Source: an uncultured Actinomycetes bacterium (GTDB lineage: Bacteria; Actinomycetota; Thermoleophilia; Gaiellales; Gaiellaceae). Taken from it: a DNA stretch of 64,000 nucleotides. The DNA is taken from positions 151,888 through 215,887 of the forward strand of contig CAVWFB010000003.1 in the NCBI GenBank assembly GCA_963754265.1, read 5' to 3'. Every line of letters begins with the position of its first letter. Positions within the stretch are counted from its first letter, which is position 1. The translations under genes and the position numbers were made by a program. Of this stretch, positions 61,364 to 64,000 are shown piece after piece. The notes under the pieces are model-generated. The model was not told the DNA's origin and did no database searches. It was given only the letters and a program-made list of their open reading frames with translations.

Positions 61364-62713
61364 AAGAGTCTCCGGTAGAGGTCGCGCTGCCGCTCGCGGG
61401 CAGCCGCGTAGATCTCGCCGCGCTCGGGATCCGGCTCGAACACGCGCCCCAGTTGTGCAGCCTCGGGCTCGGCACCGAGCCGTTGCAGGCCGTAGACGGC
61501 GGCGCCCCTCGCCGAGCCCTCCGCAACCGCCGACGCCGTGACGGGCCGCCCGAGAACGTCGGCGCAGAGCTGCACCCACTCCGGGCTCACGAGCAGCGCG
61601 TGCCCGGTGGCGACGATCTCCTCGCACCTCGGGCAGGAGCTCGGCGAGCTCGGCGAACCGGTATGCGACGCCTTCGAGCGCGGCCTGGAGGAGGTCGTCC
61701 GGCCGCGTGTCGAAGGTCAGCCCCGCCACGGCGCCGGTCGCGGCGGTGTTCCACCCGGGACTCCGCTCCCCTCCGAGCAGCGGCAGGAACGTGAGCCCGT
61801 GGCCGTCGGGTTCCCCCAGCCTCGCTCCGTCCAGCTTCAGGGTGCGGGTGAGCCACGCGTAGAGGTTGCCCCCGTCCGAGACGGCGCCTCCCTCGACCGT
61901 GTGCCGGTCGTCGAGCAGGTAGCAGAAGAGACCAGGCCGGGGATTGGGATCCCGGGTCTCGCGCAGGACGCGGTAGGCGCCGGAGGTACCGATCATCAGC
62001 GCCGCCCGGTGCGGCTCCGTGCAGCCGGCGCCGAGGTTCGAGCAGGCGCCGTCGCCGACCGGCGGGAAGACGGGCTCCTGCGCCGAGCTCGGCTCGTCGG
62101 AGATCGGAGGGAGCTGCTCCGCTTCCAGGTGGAGAACCTCGAGCAGGGCTGAGTCCCAGCTCCCGGCGCGGAGATCGAGCAGTCCTGTTCCCGAGGCGGT
62201 CGAGAGGCTCGTCCGAAGCTCGCCGGTGAGGTGGAAGAACAGGAAGTCGGCGAACGAGACGAAGCGCTCGGCCTTGGCGGCGATATCCGGCTGCTCCGTA
62301 GCGATCCAGGCGAGCTTCGCCGGCCAGTAGCTCGTGTGCAGCGCGCAGCCCGTGCGGCGGTGCACCTCTTCCGGGTCGAGCCGGTGGGCGAGCTCGGCGG
62401 CCTGGCGGGCCGAGCGGCGGTCCTGCCAGAGCAGCACCGGCGTGAGCGGGCTGTTGCTGGAGTCGAGCGCGAGCAGGCCGTGCCAGAAGCAGGAGATCGC
62501 CATCGCGTCGACCGGCGGCGCCTCGGCCCGCGCCTCGTCCAGCACCTGCCGAGAGGCCTCGACGAGGCGTTCGGGATCGAGCACGGCCGATCCGTCCCGG
62601 CCGTAATCGGCGGTGTAGAGCCGTTGTGCAGCGGCATCCAGCTCCCGCCCGAGCTCGTCGTAGACACGTGCCCGAACCGAAGAGCTCCCGACATCGAGTG
62701 CGAGCACGTGCAT
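61360..62713 (-). CDS. FGGY-family carbohydrate kinase (gluconokinase/xylulokinase-like), frame break near 61620
   Basis: 'MHVLALDVGSSSVRARVYD', 'MIGTSGAYRV', 'EGGAVSDGGNLYAWL', 'FLPLLGGERSPGWN'. The C-terminus 'IVATGHALLVSPEWVQLCADVLGRPV..GSARGAAV..' is in another frame (track ORF 61360..61590). Confidence 0.8.
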
Positions 62714-62751
62714 GGCTCGGCACCTTACGCCGCCAGGACTAGGCTTCGATC

Positions 62752-64000
62752 ATGGCAGTCGTCACCGCCTCCAATCTGCGCAAGGAGCTTGCCGGCTCGC
62801 TGCTGTTCGAGGGCGTCTCGTTCTCGGTCGAGCGCCGCGACCGACTGGCCCTTTCCGGGCCAAACGGCGCCGGCAAGACGACGTTGCTGCGCATGCTCAT
62901 GGGCGAGAGCGAACGCCACGGAGGCGAGCTCGCGTTCGCGAAGGGGACGCGCATCGCCCTCCACGACCAGCGGCCGCCGCTGCAGCACGGGCTGAGCCTG
63001 CGCGAGTACGCCCTCAGCGGCGCGCGCGACCTCGTCGAGACCGAGGAGGAGCTCCGCTCGCTCGAACAGGCGATGGCCGCCGGAGACCACGGGCCCGGGA
63101 CGCTGCGGCGCTACGCGGACGCCCAGTCGCGGCTCGAGCATGCGGGCGGCTACACCTGGCGCGAGCGCGCTGCCCAGACGCTGAGAGGACTCGGTTTCGC
63201 GGAGCCGGACCTCGACCGGCCGCTCGAGACCTTTTCCGGCGGCGAGCTGACCCGCGCCTCCCTGGCGCGCGCCCTCGCCGGTGATCCCGACCTGCTGCTC
63301 CTGGACGAGCCGACGAACCACCTCGACGTCGAGAACCTCGAGTGGCTCGAGCAGGAGCTCCAGTCGCTCGACGCCGCGCGTCATCCTCGTCGCGCACGAC
63401 CGTTGGTTCCTGGAGGCGGTCACCACGGGCGTGCTCGAGCTCGAGGCCGGCCGTTCCCTCTTCTTCCCGGGCCCCTGGCACACCTGGCGGATCGAGAGGG
63501 CGGCGCGGGCGGCGTCGGCCGCCAAGACCGCGGAGCGCGTCGGCGTGGACATCGCACGCCTCGAGCGCTTCGTCGAGCGCTTCCGGTACAAGAAGAGCAA
63601 GGCCAAGCAGGCCCAGGCGAAGCTGACGCAGATCGAGCGCCTGCAGAAGGAGCGCGCCGGCGCGGCCGGCGAGCTGGAGCTCCTCAACCGGCGGAGCCGC
63701 TCGCTCGGATTCGACTTCCTGAAGCCCGCCCGCAGCGGCCGCACCGTCGTCGAGGCGACGGCGCTCGAGGTCGGCGCGGGCGACAAGGAGCTGCTGACAG
63801 CCGCGACCTTCGCGCTCGAGCGCGGTGAGCACGTCGGGCTCGTCGGGCCGAACGGCTCCGGCAAGACGACCCTCCTCGAGACGATTCTCGGCGCACGCGA
63901 GGCGAGGGACGGAAAGGTTCGGCTCGGCCACGGGGTCGTGCCCGCCTACTTCTCCCAGCACGAGGTCGAGCTCGACGAGCGCGGCAGCGTCCTCGATTGC
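62752..64000 (+). CDS. ABC-F family ATPase (two ABC domains, no TM), 3'-partial, frame break near 63377
   Basis: 'GPNGAGKTTLLRML', 'FSGGELTRASLARAL', 'LLLLDEPTNHLD'. After '..QSLDAA' the sequence continues in the next frame: 'VILVAHDRWFLEAVTTGVLELEAG..RFRYKKSKAKQAQAKL..GLVGPNGSGKTTLLE'. It runs off the window end. Confidence 0.85.

Overview
This is a very GC-rich (by eye about 70% or more) bacterial chromosomal segment. The gene content looks actinobacterial: opcA next to zwf, an F420-type LLM oxidoreductase, ECF sigma/anti-sigma pairs and cyclase-STAND-LuxR regulators. I can support about 60 protein genes. They are tightly packed, with many 1-16 nt start/stop overlaps.

Core blocks:
- A pentose-phosphate operon, rpiB-tal-(alpha/beta hydrolase)-pgi-gnd-zwf-opcA, with tkt divergent (52.4-61.4 kb).
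- A caa3-type cytochrome oxidase cluster, ctaC-ctaD-ctaB (43.6-47.6 kb).
- A reductive pyrimidine/hydantoin catabolism cluster with a NitT/TauT-type ABC importer (31.3-43.1 kb).
- A polar amino-acid ABC importer, a MacB-type ABC exporter, UbiB, USP and two class III cyclase proteins.

Accessory or unusual blocks:
- A Mau-like locus at 5.5-8.4 kb: a MauE/MauD fusion, an orphan Cys-rich Tat-exported MauA-like protein, and a membrane protein with an in-frame TGA at a redox-Cys position.
- A locus at 8.4-14.2 kb encoding an 854-aa secreted protein of eight 88-aa repeats joined by C-x3-C nodes, a membrane-anchored two-repeat relative, a Pro-rich membrane protein and a divergent membrane-tethered wHTH protein.

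I recognised no rRNA, tRNA, CRISPR array, transposase or integrase.

At least 10 otherwise conserved genes are interrupted by single-nucleotide frame breaks. The ORF track therefore fuses or splits several genes. Many long Arg/Pro/Gly-rich ORFs in the track are shadow frames.
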